Positions 1 through 13,199 of a stretch of DNA of 64,000 nucleotides are shown one piece after another (the first letter of the stretch is position 1; every line of letters starts with the position of its first letter). The stretch comes from Toensbergia leucococca (taxonomy: Eukaryota): assembly GCA_022813965.1 (NCBI GenBank), contig JALDZS010000004.1, positions 62,001 to 126,000 of the forward strand. Direction: 5' to 3'. Under the pieces are notes generated by a model. The model saw nothing but the letters and a program-made list of their open reading frames with translations. It searched no databases and had not been told where the DNA came from. The translations under genes were made by a program, and so were the position numbers.

Positions 1-450
1 TCCTTCGAAATTTCATTGATCCGCTTAATGCTCAATGCCGGAGTAAAGAGTTGGTTGTGGCCAGAATTCGCCTTTCTCAATTCTCGTGTCTTATCTCCTG
101 TATCCGAAAAGTACACTAGCTCAGCTATTCTAGGTAAGGTACCCTGCCTTAGGGCTTAGGTAGGTAATTCTTAGTATTGTCCGCCAATCAAGCCATCGAC
201 TCGGCTTAGATTTAGAGCCACGTCAGGGGTGCGCATACTCTATTACTGTAATTGTGTCCCTAACATTTGAAGTCGTTGGAACTTTAGCCTGGCTTATTCT
301 TCATGCCAGATTAGAAGTACTGCCTTACTTTCTTGGCTAATCATTACTTGACTCCTTGTATCAACTACTCGCACATGCTCCTTGTGTTTTATTCTGAAGC
401 TTGATGGTCTTGGTCATGATGTCCGATGCGCACATTTGCTCACCACTCCT

Positions 451-2205
451 ATGGAAGAACTCCCGTCCATCCAAGACAAATTGACCTCTAAGAAGTCAAA
501 AATGGATATGCTACTCGAAGAATCATTTTCCCCTTCTAAACCCGGCATCGTCCGAGCTTCTGTTCGCAAGGTCAGACGGCTGTTAAGAGGTTTCGCTATT
601 CTCTCCGAAAGCTGCGCTCTATCTGCTTACAGTTCTCTTAGGTTCATCAAGGAGGCACTTGATTGCCCTGTCAAGCCTTCTATGTCTAATTTTTTACTGG
701 TCTCGGACCACAGGTACTGCATCTGAAACTGAATGGGCATCCTCGAATCTCATCACTTGTGTCTCTGCACGAGAAAATCGACACTCTATACTGCCTCCAT
801 CAGCACCAGATCCAGCTCTTCTTTCTCAAACATGGAAGACATTACAGAATTTATATGAGAGATATCCTCCGCAGCCGTTGACGCTCAAACTCAACAATTT
901 TGCGAGTATATCGACGTTTCCGTCCCTGGAGGAAATCAAGCACCACACAGATATATCCAAGTCCGATGCTCTTACAAGCCGGCAAAATCATGCCGAAGTA
1001 ATCGATAGCATTCCACCTATTCCCCAGAATCAGTTCGCTGGCCGTGGGGTGGTGATGCTGGCAGGTGGTAAATACTCAGAATATGCTGCCACTGGGTTGG
1101 GAATGCTGCGGGAGGTGGGGAGTAGACTGCCTGTCGAAGTATGGATGAAAGACAAGACGGAAGAGAAGGACGGTTGGTGTGACGAGCTGGCCAGAGAAGG
1201 CATGGCTTGTCGACGGCTTAGTGATTATATGGATCTCACCGCACTGGAGCACCCATATCAATGGAAAGTTTTCACAATTATGTTCTCTTCTTTTGCAGAA
1301 GTTCTCTTCATAGATGGGGACAACATGCCAATCCAGAACCCTGATGACATGTTCGAAGCGGAGGATTATGCAGCCACTGGCGTAGTGCTTTGGCCGGACT
1401 ACTGGAAGAATACCGGATCCCCATTCCTCCCCTTCGTTATGGGAATAAGCGATGAAGCATCGGAGATGATGAGAGATCAGAAGACTGTGGAGTCTGGCGA
1501 ATTATTGTGGAACAAGGAGAGGCATTGGGAGGTAAGCTCAAAGGCCACTGCTTTCTTACGTGTCGGCGATTTTCTTGAAAGTAATTGACATCAGCTATTG
1601 AATAGGCACTCTGCTTAGCCGCATACTACAACTACTACGGGCCAAAGTACTACTACACGCTAATTTCTCAAGGCTGGGCAGGATGGGGCGATAAGGATAC
1701 ATTCCCCATAGCTCTTCAGTCACTTCACAAAGACTGTTACATGGTTCCCTATGGTCTCCGAGCAATGTTCGTCAACGGTACTGGTTTTGTGGAAGGGATG
1801 ATCCAATCGAATCCCTCCAATAAGACGGGCTTTGAACCAATGTTCTGGCATATGAACATGGTGAAGTGGAGTATCCGAAACCTCTTGTGTGTTGGATGCT
1901 CTTCCGACCCCGAGGGAGCAGTAGCTGCTAGCGCTCTGGAGAATGAGCAGTCTCCTATGCATGCACACTTGAAAGAAGGCAGACCTATCATTTCCAAAAC
2001 GAACATGGAGTCTTTCGACATGAATCCTGAGCCTCTGGTGTGGAAAAGTATGGAGCATACCACATGTAGGAGCGTTTGGAAAAATGCCGAGCTATGTGCA
2101 AGAACCAGAGAACACATGACAAAAGCCTTTGGGTTTCAATTTCGCGCTGGTCGAATCGCCACAATTCTTGGATACGGAGATCGACTTTGTGTTCGCGACT
2201 CGTGA
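451..2205 (+). CDS. Alpha-1,2-mannosyltransferase, MNN2/MNN5-like (GT71); 5' exon structure uncertain
   Basis: ORF 659-1588 has an N-terminal hydrophobic anchor, GRGVVMLAGG, LPVEVW, FxxVLFIDGDN (DxD) and WPDYW motifs. Intron 1532-1605 (GTAAGC..AATAG) joins to ALCLAAYYNYYGPKYYYTLISQGWAGWGDKDTF, typical of the Mnn2 family. Stop at 2205. I could not resolve the start codon or first intron in frame. Confidence 0.85.
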
Positions 2206-3426
2206 TGTTACAGGCTAGCTATCCATATCGTTCTAGCCATATTCAGCATCCAGGCAGCAGCGTTCATTGATTGGTATTGGAGGTGGGAAACATTCAGGAT
2301 ACTTCTATCTTTTCTTGTTGCCAAAAGCCTTGTCATGAAGCCATTATGGGATGGTTCTTCTACGGTTTGTACGAGTAGTATTCATATACCCATAGGTGGA
2401 GTAAGCGGTGGTGTTTCTTGTAAATAAAAAAGGGGGGGGGGGGAACACCGTGCGTACAAAGTAGACTCGGTACGTATGGGACCAAGGTGGTTCTGTAAAA
2501 TTACACGAATTCCTCCTTAAAATCACAAGATATGATTATACAGATTATTGGTGAAAAACTCCTTTTCAGTAATCATAATACGAGTAGGAGTGGTAGATGC
2601 TGAGATACGCCCTGTCTATCAATCGTAGTTGTGGCGCAGCGTTTTACCGTTGGGCCAGAAGCAGCAAGCGTGGTCTGAGAATAGTAGCACTAGACAAGGC
2701 TGTCGGAATCTCGAGTACGTGGACAAAAGAGCAAGCTTGAAGAAAAATCTATCAGGTACCTATTAAGTACTATCGACGGTGAATGTTGTAAAACTAGAAC
2801 TATGGCGATTCTTGTATCGTGAAATCAAATCAACACTCTACTTGTAATAGACTTTCAAAAATTTGCCATTAGAATATGTTGGCCCCTCGGCCGGCGAGTT
2901 TGGACTTTTTCGTATCACCGACGAAGCTAGGCCCGCATCTTGAAACCTGATAGTAACATGAAATGCTAGTCACAACTCACATCATATCTTTGGAGAGAGA
3001 CCATCTTCTACTATTAACAGCACTCTGCAATCTCTGCCCCGCTTCCAAAAACCCTTTCCACTCTTTCTTTATATCGTCGTTACTGTACAGATACGGATAC
3101 TGCTGGTCGAACGGCGACAACGGGCTCGGTTGACCCACGAAAACGGGCGCTGACTTCACGATACTTGGTTTGACTCCGACCAATTGACTCCTCGTATGCG
3201 CAATAGTCGCTGTAACAGCATCTGACCCTCCCTACAGCACGCTGTTCTGTACTTGACTACGACAAGCCAAATCGAACTCCTCCTATCATTGCATCACTCG
3301 CTTTCGAGCTTCCACCGTGCCACGTCACTGGTAGAAGGACTATACTTGCGCCTAAAGGACAATCCAAAATAAAGCCGGTCGCGAGGTTCACCCTCAGCAT
3401 TGAGCGTCGATGGAGGTGTGAAGGTA

Positions 3427-6400
3427 ATGGATACAGAGACCCTACGGGAATACCGATGGCTTCCTACACCAAATAGGAGGGAACGTTACCATGTCTCGGC
3501 AAGATCTGGAGAGCCTAATCGTCTTATTCCAATGCTTGCACGTAATCCGGAAGTAGCATATCGTCAGTGGCCTGTATGTCTGGAACACATGCTACAGCCA
3601 GCTCAATCCTCGCCACGACTATGGAAGAACTCCCTGACGTTAACACGGTACTTGTTGCTGGCTCTGCTAGTACTCGGATCACTATCGAATCCTTCCGCCG
3701 CTGTACTCATAAATTTCGATAATTGCCTAAACCCCAATGTCGTCAATTCGAAACCACTGCAGCTGCAGTTCATACCATTACATGTATCCGCTACTTTCGA
3801 CACTACTGCAGAAAGTCATGGTCTCAACGTAACCGTGTACGGGAATGTCTCTGGCATTGCCACAGAGCAGCCATATCCTTTGCCAGATGATCCCCAATGG
3901 AAGGATCCCAACAAAACAGTAGGTAAGATAGTGGACCTAAGTGAGCCTAATGACAAGTACTCGACACTATTTGCCAGATTCAATGTACTCAGCTACACAC
4001 CATATGATGCTCCCGCCTCGGAGTTCTGTAATAGCACTGTGCATGGGCAATGTCCTTTAGGACCAGCGTTCACAGCAAATTCGTGAGTCGGCTCCTAAGA
4101 ATGTCTGATCCGATTGTCAAAAAATAATGCTAATCAAACACAACTTGTAGGAGTGATTTATCTGAGCTCCCAGCTTTCGCCGTGGCCCACGACCTCTACT
4201 CGACGTATGCCTTCACAACAATCAGTACCATTTTGCGAGTGACTTCCGGAGACGCCAACGCCGCCGAGTTAGCATGTATTTCAGCTAGCATCACTCCTGA
4301 TATTGGACATACAATTAGCAACATCCTTACATATCTACCTCTTGTTGTTCTTATACTGGTCGGCGTTGCAACCGCTTGTGCTGCAATCTTTAGTCCGTGG
4401 GGCTCTGCTGATGTCTTCCGCTGGACAAGCAATTACGGTAGGGATGCGGATCTTCTTCGGCTTGTAACCCCTGGTTTTGGAGACTGTCTTCAGTACATCC
4501 AATTCATTGTTCTTGCGGGATCTCTCAGTCTCAATTATCCAGGCTTCTATCAACCTGTCGTAAGCCAAGTGAGCTGGTCCGCTCTCATGTTCAATAAAAG
4601 TTTTGTCACCCATGGGAACGGTACGCAGAGTCTAGTTGATGGGATTTACTTCGCAAACGGGACATATGGATTAGACGAGATGAGCCAATTGGTGGGCATG
4701 ACGGCCGATAAAGATATCTGGGCTGGTATGGTAATATGGCTGCTAGTCATTCTGGCAGCTGTAGTGGTTCTCATACAGTTTGGTTTTGCTTGCCGCTGGG
4801 GCTATCGTCATATCTCCAATACAAGGGAAGAAGACCTGCGGGCTAAAAATATGCCGTTCACCGTCGGCAACGCCATCAGGGTGATCTTCAACTACTTCTT
4901 ACTACCTATTGTAGCTCTTTCGATGTATCAACTGGTAGTTGCAAGCCATTCCCCAGCGTCAACGGTGGGACTAGCATCGATACTACTCCTGGCGTTGATA
5001 GGATTTGCAGGTTGGCTTCTGTGGCTTGTGGCATCTACTCGTCCACGTTCATACCTTTTCGACGATTTACCGACCGTACTTTTATATGGCCCTTTATACA
5101 ACACATACTCGGATAATGCCGCTGCATTTGCGCTAATTCCTGTCATGTTAACATTCGTTCGTGGCGTTGCTATCGGTGCAGTCCAGCCCTCAGGGATTGC
5201 ACAGTTAATACTGCTGGCAATTTGCGAAGTGATCCTAATCTTGACGCTCAATGCTTTCCGACCCTTTCATTCTCCTACCTCAATGAATGCTTTCCACACT
5301 TTCTTCGCGGTTGTCAGGCTTTTGACCATCCTCCTGAGTGTTGCATTTGTACCTTCACTCGGTGTTGCTGATGCTCCAAGAGGTTGGATAGGCTACGTCA
5401 TCCTTTTGATGCATGCGATTGTTCTTGTATTTGGGTTTTTCTTGAATGCTTGTCAGACACTAATTGAGGTGGTTGCCAGGCTAGCAGGTGCGGGCGGCGA
5501 AGAAGGCGTCGGAGGAGGTGCAGCTAGGGGGCCACTTACTAAGGTACGATCTCTCCACACTTGATAATGTTGTTGGAGGCATTTGCGTATTGTAATAAGC
5601 ATCAGAGTGACGTGGAACTGATTTTCTACCTCATTTAGGTCTTCGGAATGCGCCAGCTTTCTCGCAGAAATCCCCGGCGAGGTGGAAGGGCACGTAATAG
5701 CGTGACGTCTGACGCCGCGATTCTGAGCCATGACGGTGACCAGAAATCCGTGCAACTAAATGGTGGAAGATCTCGAAGCATGTCTGGAAGCTCCGCAATA
5801 TTATTGAACAGGCCAGGTGCCAGTGATGGTCGCAGGAGTGTCGGTTTAGACTCAATTAGTGTGCCTAGTGGAGGTCACGGAGAGACTGGCAGTGCACCAT
5901 ACACGCCAACCATTTCTGGGGGAGCAAGTGCCTTCTCGTATATTCCTGGGTCGAGCCAGACTGCAGGACATGGCGGGTCGCCTCGTCTAGGCATAGTCAA
6001 CCTGAAAAGTGCCGAAGCTGCTGATCCCTACTATCGCCCGCCAAGGGCTAGGCGTCGAACGGTAGACGCTTATTCGCCCGGCACACGCAGTCGTGGATCT
6101 TGGACTAGCGCCGATTGGGCGAATAAGAGATGGAGTCACCACAGCCCAGAGCAAGAGGGTTCGCCAGATCCTATGGAAGGCCCATCGCTATCTGGACGTG
6201 CAACTCCGATTCCGGCCCACCTAGGTACAGCGCGCGAACGGTCCGACTCAAACATTGAAGACCCTCGACTCTCCAAGACTGATTACGCAATTCGGGAGGT
6301 TGACTTTTACTACAACATTCGAGGACCCGCCTTATCGAATCAGCCGACGCGAAGGCTAAAGACGGGCCCTGCAGACCCCACAGGTCCTGTTTCTTCTGCA

Positions 6401-7390
6401 ACAGGTTGGGTGAAGAGCTTGTTTGGTGGCAAGACTAAGGATAAGGGGAAGGGCTTTGAGGTCTTGAGGAGTTCACGAGCACCTCAAATTGCTCCACCGC
6501 GGGTTTCAAGAGCTGTAGATCCTAGCGACGAAGTTCCGTATACAGATGACCCAGGCGTTGCAACTCTTGAGAGAACACTTGATCGTGATCTTGACCTTAG
6601 TGACGAAGGAGACGCAATTGGTGGAGGTACTCGACATTTACCAGAAGAAGGGGCTACAAGTCCTCCTACCAGCGAGGATGAGTACGAGTCCGATTTCGAT
6701 GGCGGATACCTCTCTACAAACAGAGCGAGCCAAATTTCACAATTTCCGCCGTCTTTACCAAATATCGATACTGGAGGCGGTATTGAGCTCCCGAGTCGTA
6801 TTGCATCCAGAGCAAGCTCAAGACCCTCACGCCATAGCACCCGAAAAACTGAAGGAGGTCCAACACTTCCAAGGAAGAGCTCAAGGCGAATGTCATCGCA
6901 GGGGAAAGGCGACTTGACACAGAACGAAAGTTCAAGACTTTCGGCAATAACAGCATCGCCGCCGCCAACCCCTCAGCATCCTGGTAGGTTGTATAACGCT
7001 GACCATGCCTCACGACATTTCTTGAAACCATCGATTGGTATCTCTAACCGGCTACCGTTCGAGTCAGAAATGTCCCCTTCTATGAGCAATCGATTGTCTA
7101 CTGGCGCAGAATCTACAAATTCGAGCATGCTTATACCAATAGGCGACGACCACAGTAAACACGAAGCGGGCCATGCTAGACATTCATCATCGGTACTTGG
7201 GTCACTTGCTCCGGATATCCGGCAGGATAGACCATCCAGCATGGGCTACGTCCAACAGCATCGAGCAAGTGATAATATTCATACTGCCAGCCCTGACGAA
7301 AATTCTTTCCTTGGCTCCAGTGCTGAACTTGTAGATGATCCATCTCGAAGAAGTGTGAGCCCTGATGCACGACGTTTAGATCGAAGATAG
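3427..7390 (+). CDS. FLC/PKD2-type TRP-like integral membrane protein (ML-like TRP_N domain + TRP domain + long disordered C-terminal tail)
   Basis: Three exons with introns 4083-4150 and 5544-5638. Signal-like segment before VLINFDNCL, then CPLGP, LACISASITP, PGFGDCLQYIQF, LSLNYPGFYQP and YGPLYNTY motifs and multiple TM helices. Start could be a later in-frame ATG. Confidence 0.88.
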
Positions 7391-8274
7391 ATTCCCAACC
7401 CTTTATTCAATTTGCATTGCTTTTCATTCTGGGCACATATCGACGCTGAGACGAATCTCTTTAGATTTACGGGAAAAGTCCATTGGCGCTGTAGAAAGGC
7501 GCTTAGGAACATGGCCGCGTTGGTAGGGTGATTGCATATCTAGTAGGCACGGCGTCTGTTGGCGGGGAGGTGATATACTCACCATGGAGTTAAATACTTA
7601 TCTTAATTCTTGTATGATTCCTGAGGGATAGGGTTCATGGTAGGACAACAGCCAGGTACAAATGGGGTCACTTGCAATGGACACGTAATAATAAAGAATA
7701 AATTAAATTGATCTTATTTCAGTCGACATGAACTTCATATTAGTTTCTCAGATTACCTCTCGTTTCTCAGGCCTTGCTGAGGGGCTATAGCTGTCTGCTA
7801 TGCACAGTCTATCTGATGGATTAATTCCAAACAGAGTCGAGCATTCAACAGAGACCGCCATTCCTTGATTTATCCCATGTTTCAGCATGCTGAGCGTCTT
7901 ATTGTCAATTGCTGTGTTTAAAATTTCCGAGGTTTCACATCCACTCAGAAGCCCGATTGGCTATCCGAGGGGCAGGTACGAGGCACACGATCAACATATA
8001 CAGTCAATGAACCAGCCACATGATTACATATACCTAGGTAGGTAATATTCACATAGGCAACGGGTACTTTACCTAAGGACCATGACCTTGGTGGGCTTCC
8101 GCAGTCACGATTTACTTTCATCTTGACCCCGAAGAACACCATAGAACGTCCTCGAGATAATAAGCTGCAAGACTAGTACTGGACTAGGTAGAGCCTTGGA
8201 AGCATCGACTCGAGTTGGCAATTGCCACTGCAGGCTGTGTTTGACACCCCGGCTCCATCCGTTGCCATCTCTAA

Positions 8275-10455
8275 GTGGCCAATCTGGAAGACTATCATCC
8301 ATCCGCTGGAAGTGTACGCACACACCCACCGGAGAGTGGACACCCTTTCAAACGGCCTAGACTGGCCCTCAAACACATCATGGACCCTGCCCCCACAGCC
8401 TCGAGACAATCACCTTCACAGCCGACAAATTCGTCCCGATATACCCATCCAAGCCTCGATACCAACGCAGGCGAGGGAAACAGTAGAAATGGCGGCAGAA
8501 ATGTAGACAATCTGGTCAGAGGACACAGTGATGGCGATATTCTTGACCGCAGTTTAGGGCTATACGACAGAGCAATGAACAATGAATTAGTCGCCGGAGA
8601 GACGTGGATGGACTTTCTCAGGCAGTCGCCCAACGCTGGTCAAGAGGCACAGGAGCGAGCTCAGGCCAATGTCAGAAGAGCTGCCATCATCGCTGCAGAT
8701 AGAAAGAGGAGGTTTACAGGACATCAGGACTATGCCCGCCGGAGATCTGCTAGTAGTCTCTCGTTCGGCCAGGTCGCGAGTCATCGAATGAGGGAGAGCA
8801 TGCCACAAGCAGTAAATAATCATCCTCTCGCCAATCCCCAGAATACCACGACTCCTCCTGCAAGGCAATGCAACACGGATCGACCTTTGCCTGAAATACC
8901 GACTACACCATCCCGAATTGATAGTCATAGTGGGGACATTGTGCTTCCTCGATGGCAGCCAGACACTGAGGTGTCAAAGTGTCCCATATGCGGCACTACT
9001 TTCTCTTTTTGGTATCGGAAACATCATTGCAGGAAATGTGGGAGAGTTGTCTGCGCAAATTGTTCTCCACATCGAATCACTATTCCACGGCAGTTCATAG
9101 TTCGTTCACCTCTGGAAGCAAGTCTTGGGATAAATGCACGAGTGTCTTCTAATATCGAGGTTGTTGATCTTACAGATGATGTTGAGAGCCCTGCTCCACT
9201 GGAGCAACGTTCAGAAAATAATGGTAGGTCCCAGAGTCGGGACTGTCATCTTGGCCCTTCACTTGGCGGTGGTCAAGAGGTCAGATTATGCAATCCTTGC
9301 GTTCCTGACCCTAATCCATTACCTCCTCCCCTGTATCCTTCACCTTCACAACATGTGTTCCACTCACGCCCCAGACTAGATGCCGTCTCTGGACCCCAGC
9401 CACCCCCTGTACCAGCTTACGCATCTTCCGATCACCAGTGCCGGCGCATAGCTGCAGGTATGCTCTCCTCAGGTAGCCAGCAGATTGGGCCAAATCACTC
9501 CCAGAGGGATTCCGCGAGCTTCGACACAAACTCAACTCGAACAGCCACAGTATTCTCGCCTACTCTAAATTCATCCGTGACTCGCCGGCATAGCCATGCC
9601 CCTCAACTTTCGGAGCAACAACAGCCAGCATTTCCGCCACTTTACTCGTCGATATATGGGTCTGCGCCTGGTTCATCAGCTCACGAAGTAAGTGAGACCT
9701 TTGATCTATTCATTACCAGTGCTCTAACAATTTGGCAGCATCACGTGGATTCGTTGGTTCAGGAGCATCGCTCGTCACATAATCGCCATCGCCATCACGC
9801 TTCTACTGGAAATGTTGTTGTGCCTTCTCGTTATCGTTCCATGCTAGACGCTGGGAGCCCGATCCCTGCACGCATTGTCCCTCCAACTCAGCTCCGGGAG
9901 GAGGATGAATGTCCCGTCTGTCATTGCGCTCTTCCTCCTAAAGAGGCGGACGGCTCCGAGACAGCTCGCGAGACGCATGTTGCTTCGTGTATTGAATCGC
10001 ACTTCTCAAGCACGTCCCCCAGGATATCTCGTCCGCCACCATCTACAGCAACTGCAGCAGCGGTAGCCGCAACCGCTACTACGACCTCACAGGCTGGCTT
10101 CAACTCGGCTCCCACTGCAGCTGCCCGGCCAGAGGTTTCGAGGGATATATCGTCGTCATCTTTCGCTCAGCGACGGCGGACTACCGGCATGGTGGTCTAT
10201 CATGCGAGCGAAAAGGATTGTATAGGAGAGGATGGAGAAAGAGCACAGGAGTGTGTTATATGTTTCGAGGACTTTGCGGTGGGCGACGAAATGGGGAGAC
10301 TGGAATGTCTATGTAAATTTCATAAGGTACCTAAATTTCCATCCATGAAGCAAGAAAAGCAGCAGAGGCTGATATATTATGAGCAGTCTTGCATTCGGCT
10401 GTGGTGGGATACTAAAGGCGTAGGTGCTTGTCCGGTGCATCAAGGTGGGCTCTGA
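8275..10455 (+). CDS. FYVE domain + C-terminal RING-H2 E3 ubiquitin ligase (Pib1-like)
   Basis: WQPD..CPICG..FSFWYRKHHCRKCGRVVC FYVE signature. ECVICFEDF..RLECLCKFHK|SCI..WW..CPVH RING-H2. Likely introns 9688-9738 and 10327-10386. First in-frame ATG is at 8380; an upstream exon is possible. Confidence 0.9.
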   Translation: MANLEDYHPSAGSVRTHPPESGHPFKRPRLALKHIMDPAPTASRQSPSQPTNSSRYTHPSLDTNAGEGNSRNGGRNVDNLVRGHSDGDILDRSLGLYDRAMNNELVAGETWMDFLRQSPNAGQEAQERAQANVRRAAIIAADRKRRFTGHQDYARRRSASSLSFGQVASHRMRESMPQAVNNHPLANPQNTTTPPARQCNTDRPLPEIPTTPSRIDSHSGDIVLPRWQPDTEVSKCPICGTTFSFWYRKHHCRKCGRVVCANCSPHRITIPRQFIVRSPLEASLGINARVSSNIEVVDLTDDVESPAPLEQRSENNGRSQSRDCHLGPSLGGGQEVRLCNPCVPDPNPLPPPLYPSPSQHVFHSRPRLDAVSGPQPPPVPAYASSDHQCRRIAAGMLSSGSQQIGPNHSQRDSASFDTNSTRTATVFSPTLNSSVTRRHSHAPQLSEQQQPAFPPLYSSIYGSAPGSSAHEVSETFDLFITSALTIWQHHVDSLVQEHRSSHNRHRHHASTGNVVVPSRYRSMLDAGSPIPARIVPPTQLREEDECPVCHCALPPKEADGSETARETHVASCIESHFSSTSPRISRPPPSTATAAAVAATATTTSQAGFNSAPTAAARPEVSRDISSSSFAQRRRTTGMVVYHASEKDCIGEDGERAQECVICFEDFAVGDEMGRLECLCKFHKVPKFPSMKQEKQQRLIYYEQSCIRLWWDTKGVGACPVHQGGL

Positions 10456-10951
10456 AGGGCTTTTGAGTAGTGGGATGAGGAGTAGTGGGATGGAGGTGTA
10501 CTACCTATGGTGTGATTTGGGCGGAGATATATATTGGCCACTCGAGCCACTGAAGCATTTCTCCTACTCTACTCATGTAAAGAGCTACCTTACCTCAGAT
10601 ATCAAGAGCTGAAGATAGCCAAGTGCAATAGGTACACATTGATATGATTGGGCAATGGATTTTGAGTTTTAAGCGTTATCTTTTTGATGCGGGGCTCGAG
10701 AAGTCTCTTTCTTTGCCTAAATATTCGTACCTTATAAATTAAGCCCGATCGTCGTTTTGACATGGAAGAAACTCGTCACAAGACTCTGTTCCTCTAGGCC
10801 ATCTATATATATAGTAGCTCGTCTTTCTTCCACATGTTTCAATGGCTCCATAGCAGCTTCGATACCAATTGATCCACTGCGGGGCAAAAGTACCCATAAT
10901 TTCTTCCATTGCGCCCTCGAATTGGGCAGGAACTTACTTGAATTAGCAGCA

Positions 10952-12742
10952 ATGTCTCTCCACAGGGTTAATTCCATGAGTTCATATGAACATGTCCGGG
11001 GTTCCTCGCCAGCAAGATCAGAGCATAGGAAGATGAGCTTCAATCCCGTGGGCACTTGGGTACCTCCAGCCGCACACGAAGAACCAATTGTAGCCTTCGA
11101 AGTTTCGAAAGCAAAGAAGATGCGTCAGTTGTCCCATACTCTTGGGAAAACTTCGGATATACTAAAAGAATTCAAACCCCACAGTGCAAGTCCTGACCGC
11201 TGTCATCTACTGCCTTCTAGCAGCAGGTGTCGTCTTCGGATATGCCGCAATCAAGCCGGTCTTAGTGAAGGAAGGTGTATATCGAGATCGATGTACTGCC
11301 GAAGAGATGGAGCAGAGTGGGGGTACATGCTATGAGCAGGAGCTTCGGTGATGGTCCCCGCGAGTCGGAATCATAGGACAAATACTAATTGGGATATCGA
11401 TAGGCTCAACCTGATGTTTGCTACCGCAGCCGTTGCAACGAATGTTTGTGCTCTTCCGGTCGGGACCGTCTTAGACAAGTACGGGCCTCGAGTCAGCGGG
11501 ATCGTTGGCAGCATCCTGATAACAATCGGTGCACTTCTTTTCGCTTTCGCCGCAGAATTACCCATTGATGGCTATATCTCTGGCTACTTCTTCCTCGCTC
11601 TTGGGGGGCCTTTTGTGTTTATCTCTTCTTTCCAATTATCTAATACCTTCCCGAGCAATTCTGGACTGATTCTTGCTTTACTGACCGGAGCCTTTGATTC
11701 ATCAAGTGCTATTTTCCTCTTCTATCGTCTAATATATACTGCGTCCAATGGCACATTTACCACTCAAAAGTTTTTCCTCGTCTACTTAATCGTTCCTGCT
11801 TTCATTCTTGTTGTACAAATCTTTGTAATGCCCTCTAAGTCATACAAGACAGTTGGGGAGCTGGTCTCGCAAGTTGAAGATCGCTCTAATGACATTGATC
11901 CTACGGACGGGGACATTGAGGACGAAGCTCGGATCGAGCGATTGCGAGAAGAGCGACGTTTGCGTCGGGAGAGTGTGGTATCCGAAATTACATCTTTACT
12001 TGGGAAAAAGGGCGAAAGCCAGCAGCAAAAGCAAGAGGATCAAAAGAAAAAGATCAGTGGTGTCTGGGGCGCTCTGCACGGACAATCAGCGCTACAGCAG
12101 ATTCAGAGTCCTTGGTTCATTCTCGTCACACTTTTCACCATGGTGCAAATGACAAGGATTAATTACTTTGTGGCAACCATAAGACCGCAATACGAATATC
12201 TACTCAAGGATTCTGAGCGGGCTGAGCTTGTCAATCATGTCTTTGATGTCGCACTACCGCTGGGGGGTGTCATTTCGGTGCCTTTCATTGGTCTGGTGCT
12301 CGACAACACCAGCACACCATTCGTTCTCGGGCTATTGGTTGCAACCGCAACGACGATCGGAGTCCTCGGTGTTTTGCCCTATCTTTGGGCCGCTTACGCT
12401 AACATTGTCCTTTTCGTACTATACCGACCTCTTTATTATACAACTGTTTCTGATTACGCTGCCAAGGTCTTTGGCTTCCACACTTTTGGTAAGGTCTACG
12501 GCCTCATCATTTGCCTTGCTGGCATTTTCAACTTTGTGCAGTCTGCATTAGACGCTTTGACCTTCAAAATTTTTGATAAAGATCCAAGACCGGTCAATGT
12601 CATCCTACTTATGACGGCGCTTGTGACGGGCTTATCATTGATAGGATATGTCTGGTACAAGAGTCGGTCAATGGCACGTGAGAGTCTGGAGTATGAGGCC
12701 GAGGAGGCCACCGAGACCGAGATGCCAGAGGCGATGGGTTGA
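10952..12742 (+). CDS. MFS transporter, Fmp42/SLC43-like
   Basis: Exon 1 ends EVSKAKKM, followed by introns at about 11124-11183 and 11348-11403. Exon 2 reads QVLTAVIYCLLAAGVVFGYAAIKPVLVKEGVY..C..C.EQELR. Then LNLMF, GTVLDKYGPR, TGAFDSSS, QMTRINYF, YRPLYYT and FGF.TFGKVYG; about 12 TM segments. Confidence 0.9.
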
Positions 12743-13199
12743 ATATATTTTTAAAGGACACGTCGATCCTGGTCCGTCGGACGAGCCGAGTAAAAGCGCT
12801 ATTTGTAAATAAGCTACTTATACTAGGTTCTGGGGATCATGGAGGACTGTTACAAATTGTCTTAGGACAGAAGCCAAGACCACATTGCAATGGGCAACGA
12901 TGTACAGGTATCAATAACGCTCTTCAATTCAGAGTGGCGAGCTTTCATCCTATTTCAATCCGTCTCCTATTCTCCGTATGTATTATGCAACTGAAGTGTT
13001 GAGTGAATTCGACCAAGTATCTCAGGGAACCAATTCACCACAACACCAAACTCACCTCACATCTTTTCCTAGAACTTCACTTCTTATCGTCCTTGCCTGT
13101 TATCCACATCTCTACATCACCACACCACAATCTACACACCACCTACCACCAAAAATAAACCCTTACACCCACCCAAATACCACCCGCCAAATAACCACC

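Noticed and set aside
2840..3230. Minus-strand 68-aa ORF (..DQQYPYLYSNDDIKKEWKGF..) with possible splice sites
   Set aside because: No convincing ATG exon, the implied intron is only about 34 nt, no family was recognised, and it overlaps the probable promoter or 5' UTR of the FLC-like gene.
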